Assembly: GCA_964276515.1 (NCBI GenBank)
Contig: OZ193910.1
Coordinates: forward strand, 2,542,001-2,606,000
DNA length: 64,000 bases
Source: Gordius albopunctatus
Lineage: Eukaryota
Reading direction: 5' to 3'
Shown: one piece after another, positions 1 to 12,320 of the stretch
Numbering within the stretch: position 1 is the stretch's first letter
Layout: every line of letters starts with the position of its first letter
Made by a program: the position numbers and the translations under genes
The notes under the pieces: generated by a model
The model's input: the letters and a program-made list of their open reading frames with translations, nothing else
Databases searched by the model: none
What the model was told of the DNA's origin: nothing

Positions 1-538
1 TAATTTGAGAAAAAAAGGAACTAATTCCAATTCTTCATTTTAAAAAGGAACTAGTTCCAAGGAACTAATTCCTTTAAACTAGTTCCTTTAACAGCTTTAC
101 TTATGGCGATATAAGCTATAGCGCTACTTTATGACGCCAGCGCCTGTAAATGTCATGATTTTTTAAAGTTTTTTTTGGCAAATACCGCAGCAATATTATT
201 TTTAGTTAATAATTTAAATAAAAACTTTTACAAAAAATAATACCATTAAAGTAGACCCACCAACCTTGACTCAAATAACGCATGATATTATTTTTAAGCT
301 AAAATTATAGTTCCAACAATCAAAACGAGATGATGATGATATAAACTTTAGTATTATTACAATGACCAGATGGGTTCGGTTATTTTATAACTATCAACTA
401 AATTAAACGTACACGAATTATATGGCATATAAGTAGGGTAATGAATTAGGCGTATACTTGGTGTGTGGCTATAGAGCTGTTGATGTTATATATATACACA
501 GTCGACACAAACTTCTGACCTTTCATAAAACATGAGCT

Positions 539-3500
539 TTAACGGATCTGAATTATTCCAACTTCTATGAGTTTTTGAATCTTCCCCGCTATGTTTGGAT
601 TTTTCATGTGCCTGCAAAATTTTTTTTTTAAAAAACATATATTTTCGTTCTATTATTGCTAATGGCATTACAGTCCCCTCGAATCAATCACAATTGTTAC
701 TTTTTACTACATTCATTTTTTAGATATAAAGTAGGATCATTTAATTAAATAAAATTGCTCTTACAATTCAGCTATTTATAATAATTTTAAATTCTCTTAA
801 AAGATATAAATTCCTCGTGTAGCGTGATGCTACATCGCCAATCATTTTAAACCTCTTTAATCAAGCCGGTGTTAAAGTAGGGCCTAAGACTCGCATCAAA
901 ATTCAAGTTATTTCACGCATAATAAAAACGTACTCCCTGAGGGCGTTGGGATCATTTTGCATCTGTTCCAGGATCATTCTCATGGCGGGATCCCCGAGGA
1001 TGGATTGAACCTCAGGATTTTGCAAAGCCTTTTCCTTTATTTCTTCCGTAGATCGGGACGACTGATTTTGCCCAACCGTGTCGTAGCAACGTCTGGTCCC
1101 TTCCAAAGCCTCCTAAACGTTTAGGTTTGTGTAAAGTGTTGTAAAATTTAAGATAAAAACATTTGATATCACTTTGGACGAAGGGAAGCAAGAGATTGCA
1201 AAATAACCAATGCAGCAGTATAGGATATAACGGCTTACCTATATAACTACAAAAATGACATTTTTACCTGTTATTATCACAAAACCAATCGACCCAAAAA
1301 ACATATTTTTCTAAGGATTACAGGTCTTACCACTACAACAAGATTTTATGATTACGAGGGTGAATAATTTAAAAAAATGATCGAATTTAGCTTCATGACC
1401 CAATGTTGTAAAAGACCGACTTTGCACGTTTAAGTCCCCACATTTTTTAATATAGTGAGTGGGCCAAAGGAGCTAAAAAATTGAGAATAAAATCAATATT
1501 CCCGACATTTTCACCAAATTTCCAACAATATTTAAGGGGATGAGCAGAAAAGGTGGCGATTTGACATGGATTGCCGCAATAACTAAATAAGCATCATATC
1601 GTAAGGATTGCGAAAAAAATAAGGGAAATATCGCTGGATAGCAGTCAAAATTATTGTTTGCAACAGAGTAATCCTAACGTATAAGATCGTTGTACTTGAT
1701 GTTAGGCCTTTAAAGCATTTCATTTCCTAAAACTGATATAAAACATCTCTTATATATTCACGCATCAAAAGTGTTGCCAAAAACGACCGCAATTTTGATA
1801 AGTGATGTAGAGTTTGTATAGCGATGGATTGTATAGGACAATAATCATTGATCTTATAACATGAAACAACCCATTTTAATCATTATAGCGATTTTAAAAA
1901 TTCTTCAAACCATATAAATTTGCCAAAATTCATGTTTCACTTATTAAAATGGCTGCCAAAATGGGGGACACTTTTAAAAAGGGAATGGTATAAAACCTGA
2001 TTATTCGTATGAATAGCTTAAATTAACGATTAATTATACTCCAGCATTATCTTTTGAAATTTGTGTAAAACATTGACAAAAACTAAAATTATTATTATTA
2101 ACCTGAGAGGATGGGTCGAGTTCGAGGGCTTTTTGATAGGCTGCCAAAGCTTTAGCACCTTCCTTCAGGCCCAGCAGTATGTGACCCTTACGAGTGTAAC
2201 CTTTGACTAGCAATTCACAGAATGAGATTCAATTAGATAAAATATCACTCCATAAAGTGGCATCAAATTTTAAAACTAATTCCCCAAATTTCCCAATTTA
2301 TCATGTTCGCGGGGGCCTTTAAAATGAAAAAATAGGCTTTGTCCTACCAAAATTGGGGTCGAGTTCTAGGCATTTGTCGCAATCTTGTAGGCCGAGCCTG
2401 AACTCAGCCAGTTTGGTGTAGCACGCGGCTCTGTTGCTGTAAAGTATGGCATCTTGGGGATTGCGTTTTATTGCTTCGCTGTAATGTTTCAGCGCGGTTG
2501 GGTAATCTCCTACACAATAAATATAAATGAACAAGTGAAAACAAAATGATTTAAATTAATTGATTTTAAATTGAATCAAATCCCATCAACTGTTTTTAAA
2601 GTGTTAAAAACTTCATACAATACAAAAATATATAGAGCTGTAAAAAGTGATCGTGATTCAATTAATTCTATACAAATAGCCAACAAACAATGTTTTAAAG
2701 CTTTCATTGAACATTATTTAAAATGATTATTGAAATCAACCTAATCACTTTGCAAAATAAACGACACCATACTCTTACAAACATCAAAATTAACTCTTTT
2801 CTTTTCCCTCTCTTTATTATATACCTTTAATAAATATCACCCCTCTCAAAAGAGCCATGATGTGTAAATAATTAAAAATCCTCTTTCTATAAAATGATTT
2901 TAAATTTTATACAACCACAAGATGCTGTAACCCAATTAGCTTCACACTTGGTTAAAAGGGTAAATTAATAAATTTAAAAATAAATCAAACCTTTTTGAAA
3001 TAATTCATTGCCTTTAGCCTTTTCTTCCAGTGCTAATTGAGGGTCCACATATGCTTTAACCTCTTCCTCTTTTTTAATCTTTTCTGTCTATATTTAAAAA
3101 AGCAAAAATTTGTTTATAACACAAACTTACTTATAGTATCAGCATTCGATTATTGGCATTCAGCAAATTAGCCAGGTAATAGCAATGAGTAAAAAAGGAA
3201 AAACTATATTCATAAATTTTGAAACAAAAAATTAATATGCTCAGTCAAATAAATTTACAAAATGAATTATTCTTATACTTCGTGAAGTTTTTTAACAATA
3301 TCCGGTGATCTATGTTCGGTGAGAGATTTTTGATAATAAGTAATGGCATTAGCCCAATCCTTTAATTTAAAGTAAGCATTTCCAAGCCTGGCATATGCTC
3401 TAAATGTAAAATAAAGGGTAAAAGATGAAATTTGATAATTTATTTTACTTTGCTATGAGTTTAAAATCAGCAAAATTTTCTTTGCCTACTTCTATAGCCT

Positions 3501-4733
3501 TGATGCATGAATGAATGCAGTCTTGGTAGCTTCCTTGCTCAAAAAATACAGCTAAAAGCAAATATTACTTTAAGATATTATTTTGGGTTACCGGATTTAT
3601 TTGTTAAAAAAGTCATGTTTGTTGGGTCAAGTTCTATCGCTTTGTCATAATGGATTATTGCTTGGTCAAAATTCTTTTTCTTGTATGCCTCATTACCAAG
3701 GTCTTTTTCTTTTAAGGCCTATATTTAATATAAATCAAAAAAGTAAATAAAAAATTTTATAACTATTTAAACAAGCTAGAGGCATTCAATATCAAAAATA
3801 AATATGTAAGTTGTGAGACTTCAAATTACCTCTATTTGATTGAGAGCCAGATCTACAGACATACTTTCAGGTTCTTTTTTTGTTTCAGAATTTATTTTTG
3901 ATTTATTTTCATTTGAATAATTAAAATGATTTCCATTAATGTTATTATTATTTTCAAAAGTATCCTCTTCCATTGTGTCATCTGGGTCCATTACATTCAT
4001 GTCAATTCCCATCAATACACCTAGTGCAGTTAATAATCTTGGATCTTGTAATTTGCTATAAAATTTTATCAATTAAATAATAAAACAAATTTTAATATAC
4101 GTTGATATAGATTTAGGATTTGTTTGCAACTCAGATATCATAGCAACAAAATCAGGCTGCAGCATATATTGTTTAGTTCTAGAATCATTCCTAAGCTTTT
4201 CAAAAACATGTGGACCAGCAAATACATTGGGAAACTTATGATCAGTCTCATTTTCTAATTATGACTACAAATATTGAACAAAAAATTTATACCTAGTCGC
4301 AATCTTTGTACTTCCTCTAAACCTTGCAATAATTGAGCATTATTTGCATCTTTTAATAATCCTAGCCTGTAACAGGACTCTGCATCATCATATCTTTTTA
4401 AATAAGTCAATGCAGCAGCTTTACGCGAGTAACCCTAGAACAATATTATTTAAATTAAATATGGTTACTTTAGGCCAGTTAGGATCAATACCAATTGTTT
4501 TTTGAGCATCGTTAAGAGACTGTTCAAAATTTCCTATTTTTGCATAAGCAGCAGATCGGTTACTATATAAAACATGATTTGCAGGGTCCAACTCAAGCGC
4601 CTTAGTATAAGCGTCGATAGCTTGTTGGGTTTTACCCTCAGCAAGTAGTTTATTTCCTTGGTCTTTTAATTCCTGCACTTTCTGAAAAAATCTTATAGTA
4701 TTCTCATGTAATCATTACTTCCGTGTCTTTCAT
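539..4733 (-). CDS. STIP1: Stress-induced phosphoprotein 1 (Hop/Sti1, Hsp70-Hsp90 organising protein), 13 coding exons
   Basis: Exons (minus): 4733-4719, 4681-4469, 4434-4293, 4254-4101, 4055-3830, 3718-3592, 3551-3449, 3399-3279, 3087-2991, 2509-2348, 2206-2103, 1112-934, 611-539, all GT-AG and phase-consistent. Translation shows TPR1 (ELKDQGN...[11 protein letters not shown]), DP1 ([16 protein letters not shown]), TPR2A ([17 protein letters not shown]), TPR2B ([18 protein letters not shown]) and DP2 ([24 protein letters not shown]...[20 protein letters not shown]). Confidence 0.96.
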
Positions 4734-4749
4734 GATCACTTATTTGTAG

Positions 4750-4762
4750 CTCTAGAAAATTC
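4750..4762. promoter_or_regulatory. Candidate heat-shock element upstream of STIP1
   Basis: CTCtaGAAaaTTC matches TTCnnGAAnnTTC with one mismatch and lies 17 nt upstream of the ATG. STIP1 is a known HSF target, but the motif is short. Confidence 0.35.
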
Positions 4763-7700
4763 AGTACAGATATTGAATTTTATCCGCAACTTGGTACAGC
4801 TTTCTACGAATTCAACTCCTTAGTTAATAATTATATAATCTTAAGGTAAGCATGAATACGTCATAGACTCATCCGAAGGCATCCAACAAATAGATTTATT
4901 GGCCAAAATTTATCTTGTATAGCCATTATAAATCCAGACAATGCAATATCATGCCAGTGTACCCTGGATTGAAATGTATCTATTATCAAAGTAGATTTTA
5001 ATATTTAAAAATTATTAATTTTTTGGCTTTTCTGGTGCATTTTTGTAGTTTTTGAAAGTCGCAAGAAGAATATTATAAAATTTTACCGGAAAAACTTTTA
5101 AATGTAAAATTTATCAATTGATATATACTAACCGGCGAAATCAAGAGGATTATGAATTCCTTCTCATGTCAGTATCCCTTCTGCTTTTAAAACCACTTTC
5201 ATATCTTTCAATGGTTTGATTTTTAAACAATACAAAATTCCAACCTCCTGTTCACTCGAGTGAAATATGAAAATCAAATCAGAGGCCCTTTAACCTCAAA
5301 CTTCAATGGAAGGATTTGGATCCTGGTCTAGTAGTGCGCTTCGTTGATTATTATATTTTGTGTATTCAATCAGTTATTGTGCATTTCTTTGCACGGTGGG
5401 TTTAGATTTATAAATTAGGTAAAGGGAAATGGAGCGCGATATCTCAGTGGAAAAAAATAAAAATCAAGTCACAGAAAATAAAAATAAACGTAAGTGAGTA
5501 AATGGGTAAAAACACGTTTATAGATAAAAATAATGAAAATTACAAATCTGGTTATAGCGAGAATTAACGATAGCGATTTTAGGGATGGATTATTTTTTAA
5601 GTATAAAGTAAATAGAGATTATCTCAAATAACTATTTTGTCACGATTGACCTACCATGGTAAATCAATATGACAGGCCCTCTCTATACTGCCTTGCAAAT
5701 AAATTTAAATATGTGAGGCACTATAAAGCCAACTTTTTTTGTCCAAGGTACACTTAAAAAGTCGATAGTCCTCTCAATCCTTAATCTTTCCTATCCTTTT
5801 TAAAAGGATAGATGAGCCCTGACCCGAGGCCTATTCTTTAGTCCATTGGCATACAGCGTATCCCTTAAATAGGACTTTACATGTATTGACCCTTTTGCCC
5901 CTCCTAAATTTTAACTGGAGCCTATCACCCTAGTAGGGAAGCGTAAAAGACTAAATATTCTGCCCTTTTGGCATCCATGATTTTCAGACCCATTTTTACC
6001 TCATCTTCTGGTACTTTTGGTTATCAGGCCATTACGTTTTTTAGGGAAATAGGAATAAAAGTTTCTTAAAAATCTAGATATGTCACGTTCTTTTTACCCA
6101 GATAACAATTTGGTATCCTTATAATGCTATACAAATTTGAAGCAATGCCGACTCTTGGTCTTGACTACAATAATCTTGATCTTTGTATTTAACCAGTATT
6201 TTTTTGTTTTATGTTAATATAAGTGACTTCGTCATCGTATAAATAAACTTTGTAATTTTTATATTAATTTAATTTGTAGTCTCAAAACTGTGTGTTTAGA
6301 GATTTATTCAATCTTGAACTGTGAATATTCTAATATCCTGATTTGTCGTACATAATAACGTTTGTATAAATATTATATAAATATAATAATATCGACTAAA
6401 TTTGAAAACATCTCAGAGAAAACAAGGTGAGGGCAATATAGCCGAGGCTTTTTACTTCGTTCGAGCCCGTTTTTGTCCTTTTGACTTGCGACAAGTTCTT
6501 GAGTACTGTTATTAAAAAACTCTCGATATTTTTTTTATAAACTTAGCACATTATCGATCCAACTTACGGATGTAAGAGTGGGAGGGGGGCGGTGGAGAAT
6601 ATGTGCTTAATGGTTACACAGACATTTAAAACCTGTGTCTACAGCAATTGTAAAATTGCAAGTTTAACAGGATACGACGGACGGACAACCTAAAACGAGT
6701 CCATGGATTGGATAGCAATCAATAATTAAAGCCATCATTTTAGTTAAACTAAAAATGTTAATAAAGATAAGAATATTTATAATGATGTTAGGGTTAAGAA
6801 GAGGAAACATGGACGTAACAATGTAATAAGGATGAATCTACGCAAAACAACTTAGGGCACATTTACTGATAAAAATTAATATTTGGTTGAGGGGTGACGT
6901 TCGGCTATCCTGGCCTGACAGCCTCGTTGACGATGTGATATGTTTTACATCTTTTTGAAACAAAGTGCTGAAAGCGGGATTAGAACCCCCTAGCTCTTGA
7001 CAAAGCCTACTCCAACTAAGACCTTACATATAAATATAATAAGAATTAAATACCATCAAGGTATAAAAAATGGCTTTTAGGATATTTAATATAGGTTTGT
7101 CTAAAACAGCTTAAAAAATTTGTGTTTCACATCGACTCAAATTTTTATTTTTTAAGTTTTAGTTAATACTGGAGTCTCCCTGCAAGTGGTAAACTATATT
7201 TTGGAGAAATTTTTTATTTTGTTTTTAACTTTATAGTACATTTATGAAAAATTTGGAGGTTGAGGAGTTCTAACAATAAACAAAAACGTTTTTATATCTG
7301 TAGCCAATCTGCTTAAAACAAACTCACGCAAATTAATATTTTAAAAATATTTTGCCAAGCACTACGACAAATCAAACCAAACGGTTTTATGAGTCTTAAT
7401 TGCTATTAAAAGAGAAAAGACCTACAAAGATTGCGGTGACCGGCCAGGCCTCTCAGGCATTTTGGATAAATGGACAAAATTTCATAACTAATATATTAAT
7501 ATTATTAATATAAAACACACAATTTTATTTATAAATGAATACTGTAATACGAGGATTCGCTGTACAGATGTTTTCGAGACCGCCACGATGCTTTTATATT
7601 ACAATTATGCGCTATCGTGTATGATGCGGAGAACGGGAACAAAGACATTAAAATTAGCAATAAACACAAAGCGATAAATTATAGAAATAGAAGGATCACA

Positions 7701-8821
7701 GATATAAAAATAGAGAGTTGAATAGAATAGGCGAAGATATTTTCGTATTTATAAAAATATGCTTTAAAATATTTATTTAATTTCTAGCTAAATGTATTTA
7801 TTTTCTAGATCTACCGCGAATATTAATTAGTTTTATTTTTCGTACTACTACATCTTTCGCATAAATTTATTAAACTTCAAAAATTATTATCTCTCCATTA
7901 TTTCCACTGACAATTCGTTTTATAGTAGTAACAATAATAATCATGGATGAGGTAATCAGATTAGGCGTAAATAACGATAACGCACAAATAATAATAAACA
8001 GCTAAGATAACCATAAACTAACAAATAGCGAAATTAACAACGAAATTAACAATCATCGTGATTCTACAATTTATTAATAAACGCGATCATAAAATCCAAA
8101 TTTTATGGGTGAAGTAATAAAAATATTAAAAACTTGGCTTAATGCCACAGATATAAAAATAGATTGTTGGCACCTTGCTAGCGACAGCATCAAAAACAAC
8201 AGACACGTGGGCTACCACCACAATAACATAATTTGTAGTTACACTGAGTGTCCACGTGCGATTATCCCACGCATCTTTACCAAGTTTTAAATAAACGCGC
8301 GCTTCCACATATTTTTTCCTCGAGACCGGATTAAATAATTGCTATGCGGTTGATGAGCTCGCTTTTGGCTCTCCGTCATTAAACGTTACAATAATTATCA
8401 TAAATTGTAGATAATTGTAATTGACTAATAAATCTCCTTTTATTCTACTGTATTCGTTGACCGAAGAAATCAAATAAATACACAATCCATTACCCCTTCA
8501 AATCCTTTCCCGGATTATTAGTGTCAAAATTGTGGAACTGAAACCCACCATAAACAAAAAACACTATATTTAAAAACAACCCTCGATAATCCGAACAAGA
8601 ATGTCAGCCAGAAATGCCCGCGATAACCGGAAAAATAAGTCAACCAAAATAAACCGCGATAACCGAACAGCAGACTTGCTATACACAAACTACATAATCA
8701 GAGAGGCAATAAAAATTTACAGTAGAAAATTAGCCTACAAAAAAATGGTGTCGATAATTTTACAAAGTATAACGAATCACATTCCCCAAAATTCTGCATC
8801 AAAACGATTGTACGAGAGAAA

Positions 8822-9823
8822 TCTTATATATAAAATGAAACTATGTATATATGTATGTATGTATATATGCATGCCGCCACCAATTTCGGAGAACTACCAG
8901 ACCGATTTGGCTCAAAATTTCACAGTTTATTCCTCACACTCCGGAGCATGTTTTAAGATATGTTTGAGAAATCTGTCCAGTAGTTTTTGAGTTAGTTTGT
9001 TTTATATGTTTTGCCGTTTAATAAAGCGTCAATCAAACGCAACCTCATGACGTACTGCCTATCTAAATGAAACTATGTTAGTGTGATAAATGTAGGCATG
9101 TGCTGCGGAAAATGGAAACTTTTTACGATTTGAAACATTAAATCAAAGCATGGGCGTACGCAGGTTTTAAATTAGGGGGGGGGGGCAGATTGAAAAAAAA
9201 AATTTCTCGACTATCCAAAAATTTTCCTGAGGGCAAAAAAAGGTCTTCGACTACTAAATTCCTAAATTTTTCCTCAGACCCGCAGGGGGTAGCCGCCCTT
9301 TCTGCCCTTCCCTGGCTAATTAGGGGGGGGGGGGGGCAAAACATAATTTTTAAGGGTTTTTGTATTGAAAAATTATTATTTTTAAATTAGGGGGGTAGGG
9401 GTACGCCCATGAATCAAAGTCATTTTTTGCTTATTTTTCACGTCAATTATTATTATTATTATAGGACGATCGTGTCCCCTCCTGCGTGGCTAAATAAATT
9501 AAAATATCTAATTTTGTCATTTTTTGCGCGTTAAATAAGGAGAAAAATGAAAATACAATTAACAAAGTGCCCATAAATGTAGATATATCTCAGTTCTTCG
9601 GACGGGTCGGGTTTCGGGTCACCCGTGCAGGGCTCTACCATGGGGCCAGGTTTTCTCTCTTGGGTGGGCCTGGGCCTTGGACCCTCTTTAACTATTTGTT
9701 TAAAAATTATCAAACTTTATTTTTACTTCAATAACCGCTTTATCATCATATATGCCCTAAAATTCCAACATAATTTAATACACCCGGGTAAATGGCAAAA
9801 CAACTTTTGCCGGGTTCATCTAG
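8822..9823 (+). mobile_element. Non-autonomous Helitron
   Basis: Starts a|TCTTATATATAAAA and ends with hairpin GGCAAAACAACTTTTGCC followed by CTAG|t. It is inserted between A and T with no TSD. Homologous copies lie at 55016-58607. Confidence 0.8.
9149..9411. mobile_element. hAT-type MITE (CATGGGCGTA TIR family) nested in the Helitron
   Basis: TIRs CATGGGCGTAC...GTACGCCCATG, with a perfect 8-bp TSD AATCAAAG (9141-9148 and 9412-9419). The Helitron copy near 55575 carries the empty site. Confidence 0.88.
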
Positions 9824-9869
9824 TAGTAACATAAAAATCAAAATGTAACATACATGAATTTGCTATAAA

Positions 9870-10070
9870 AAAAAAGGCCGTTGCAATAGCGAAAAAATCC
9901 GCGTACAACAAAATGGCTAACCAACTGGATAATAAAGGTGACGATAGTCTTATTTAGTTACGATGTCGGAGTTCTTAAAATAGTTAAAAATGAGATTCGA
10001 ACTTTTTCAGGTGGATGAAATTAGGACACAAATGAACAAGATGCAAAATAATGAGCTAATAGCTAAAGCA
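9870..10070 (+). mobile_element. RTE LINE fragment
   Basis: Matches parts of the RTE element at 61395-64000 (KAVA..K.AY..MANxLD.KG; ELFQxDExRTQMNKMQ). Confidence 0.7.
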
Positions 10071-11989
10071 AAAATGAATACCTATGAAAGCATTGCTAGG
10101 ATGCCTGAAGAAGCAGTCACGAACAACATGATTAACACAAAATCTCGTCTCGTCTCGACTTTTAAAAATAATTATACCATATATTTTTTTTCTGACTTAT
10201 AAATTATTATATAAGATATAAATTGGTAATAATGGAACCAATTTTTTATCTCAAACCCTAAAATGAGTATCTTAAGGCAGGAAGCATTATTGGAGGTGTT
10301 ATATATACTACTTGCCTCGAAGGTATAAAGTTGCTAAACAATATTTTTCATTTCCTGGCTAAGGCTTAATAAAAGGATAAAGTTTAATAATATCTGTTGT
10401 AGATGCCTTTACGCTTATGCAAATAAGTGAGAGAAATAAGGCTTAAAGTAATGGGTGTGCGAGTAAAATATTCTGTAAACGAATATGCAAATGGCAGGCC
10501 TCAAGTTAGTGGAGACGTGCAGTATATAGAATTGTCGGGAAGCATCCCTCATTCAAATGAGGAGGGCATCGACAGGGTTTAAATAACGGGCATTTTGCCA
10601 TGATAGAATCAGTTATTTAATTTGTTATTTAGTCCTGCGGAAGCAGTTATATATTTGTTTTTTACTCGTTAGTCGTGTGAGTCGGGAGGGATATTTTATT
10701 TCCATCTTTAGATCACGTTGGTCTAGCGGTAGCATGAACAAAGAACCAAACGGTCCCCCTTGTCCGACACCTCCAATTACTCGTAGATGGCACTAATTCT
10801 AACAGATGGATCTCACGGCAATTTCTCCACGGCTATCGTCCAATCCATACATTTATATATCGAAAATCATTGTCGGATTCTTTATTGATTTATATTGTTA
10901 TAACCAGGTGGTACAATTTTATTTATTAGAATAAAGGATTTAAAACGAGAAGTTGTATCATCATATTTTAACATAATGAATTTATTGAGATATTATATAA
11001 TAACGTTAAAATAATGACAAAAATGCGAGAGTAAACTTTTGAAGATATCATTATTAATAACAAGTAATTATCTGAACATTCTAAATACAATAAAATAGGC
11101 ATTTTTGTTGGAAGAACATAACACTTTTGAGATCTTACGTTAATTGCACATATATAACTAGAAATATAAAATTTTCTTTAAAGCACAATTTAATTTACAT
11201 TTCTCCATTTTATTTGATTCATCCTTGAATACTGTGAAATGTTTGAGCAGCTTGCTCTTTTTTGTGATGGATAAAGAACTTGTTGCGCATAAACTCATTA
11301 TAGGTCTAAATAATTTTATATTATATAAGCAATACAAATAAGTAACAAATATCCTAAGGGCTACTAACACTATGTCTATTAAGATTATATTAAAAATTTA
11401 AAATTTGCGCAAAGCGGATAATTAGGTGCGTAAGTAATTACTATCAAAAGTTTCAAAATCATATTAATTTGCATTAAATACTCTAAATTTAAATCTCATA
11501 AAATAAAAATTCTTATTTAGCTAAATGGAGAATCTTTTATTAGTGCCAGTAATAGTATCAACAATATTGGACGAATGTGTGTTATAATCCCGATAAATAA
11601 AATATTGAACATGTAATAATGAAATATAAGTTGGACGAAATCGCTGTTACTACACAGAGAGAAGAAAACAATATATGATTAAAAAACAGTGTACAATCCA
11701 GCCTTTTATCACAGTCGATGCGCCTCTCAATTTGAATGAGAGCTGCCGACCGCTCGACGTCTGTTTCTAACTAGTGCACGTCTATTCACATAACCAACCT
11801 ACATTACCATTTATTCACACGCTAATTATTCTCCGCATTAGTGGGCAAGATACAAAACGCTATCTCATTAGCATAGACGCCTGAATGTTAAGTGATTTAA
11901 CTACTTAACCACGGTTACAACAATAACTAAGCTCATTCGAATAGGCCTAAAAAACTAGCAACCACAACAGGAGACTTAATAGATAAAAA

Positions 11990-12135
11990 TTAAAGTCGAG
12001 ATCTTGCCGATAAAATCTCGTCTCGAGGTCAAAATTCTCGTCTCGATCTCGACTCAATTTTTCAAAATCTCGTCTCGTCTCGTCTCGAAAAACCAAGACG
12101 AGACCGAAATTTTTCTCGGTTTTTCCGCATCACTA
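11990..12135. mobile_element. Terminus of a non-autonomous hAT-like element with (CGTCT)n subterminal repeats
   Basis: Ends ...TTTTCCGCATCACTA (reverse complement TAGTGATGCGGAAAA). Near-identical to 31600-31719 and, inverted, to 61090-61260. Confidence 0.7.
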
Positions 12136-12136
12136 C

Positions 12137-12320
12137 GTCTTGCCTCTTCCACGTGACTTGGGGTAGTCCACTTCCTCTCTTCTCTAGTACCTTCATTTCC
12201 AATACTTTTAGATTCAAGTCATTAATGTCCCTTCTTAGTATATGTCTATACCACCTTAGCCGATTTTCGTTATTCACCTCCGCCATAGGTGAAGTCCCAT
12301 TTTTGTCATAAGAAAGTCAT
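12137..12320 (-). mobile_element. RTE LINE 3' fragment
   Basis: Encodes ENRLRWYRHILRRD...GSGLPQVTWKRQ, homologous to 61500-61700. Confidence 0.8.

Noticed and set aside
486..668. 60-aa ORF as a separate gene
   Set aside because: It overlaps the last STIP1 exon in a different frame.
4860..5420. Possible gene divergent from STIP1
   Set aside because: Some splice-like signals are present, but I could build no coherent ORF or recognisable protein.
7900..8990. Short ORFs at 8105, 8126 and 8601
   Set aside because: They have no recognisable domains or consistent splice chain, and the 8601 ORF runs into a Helitron.
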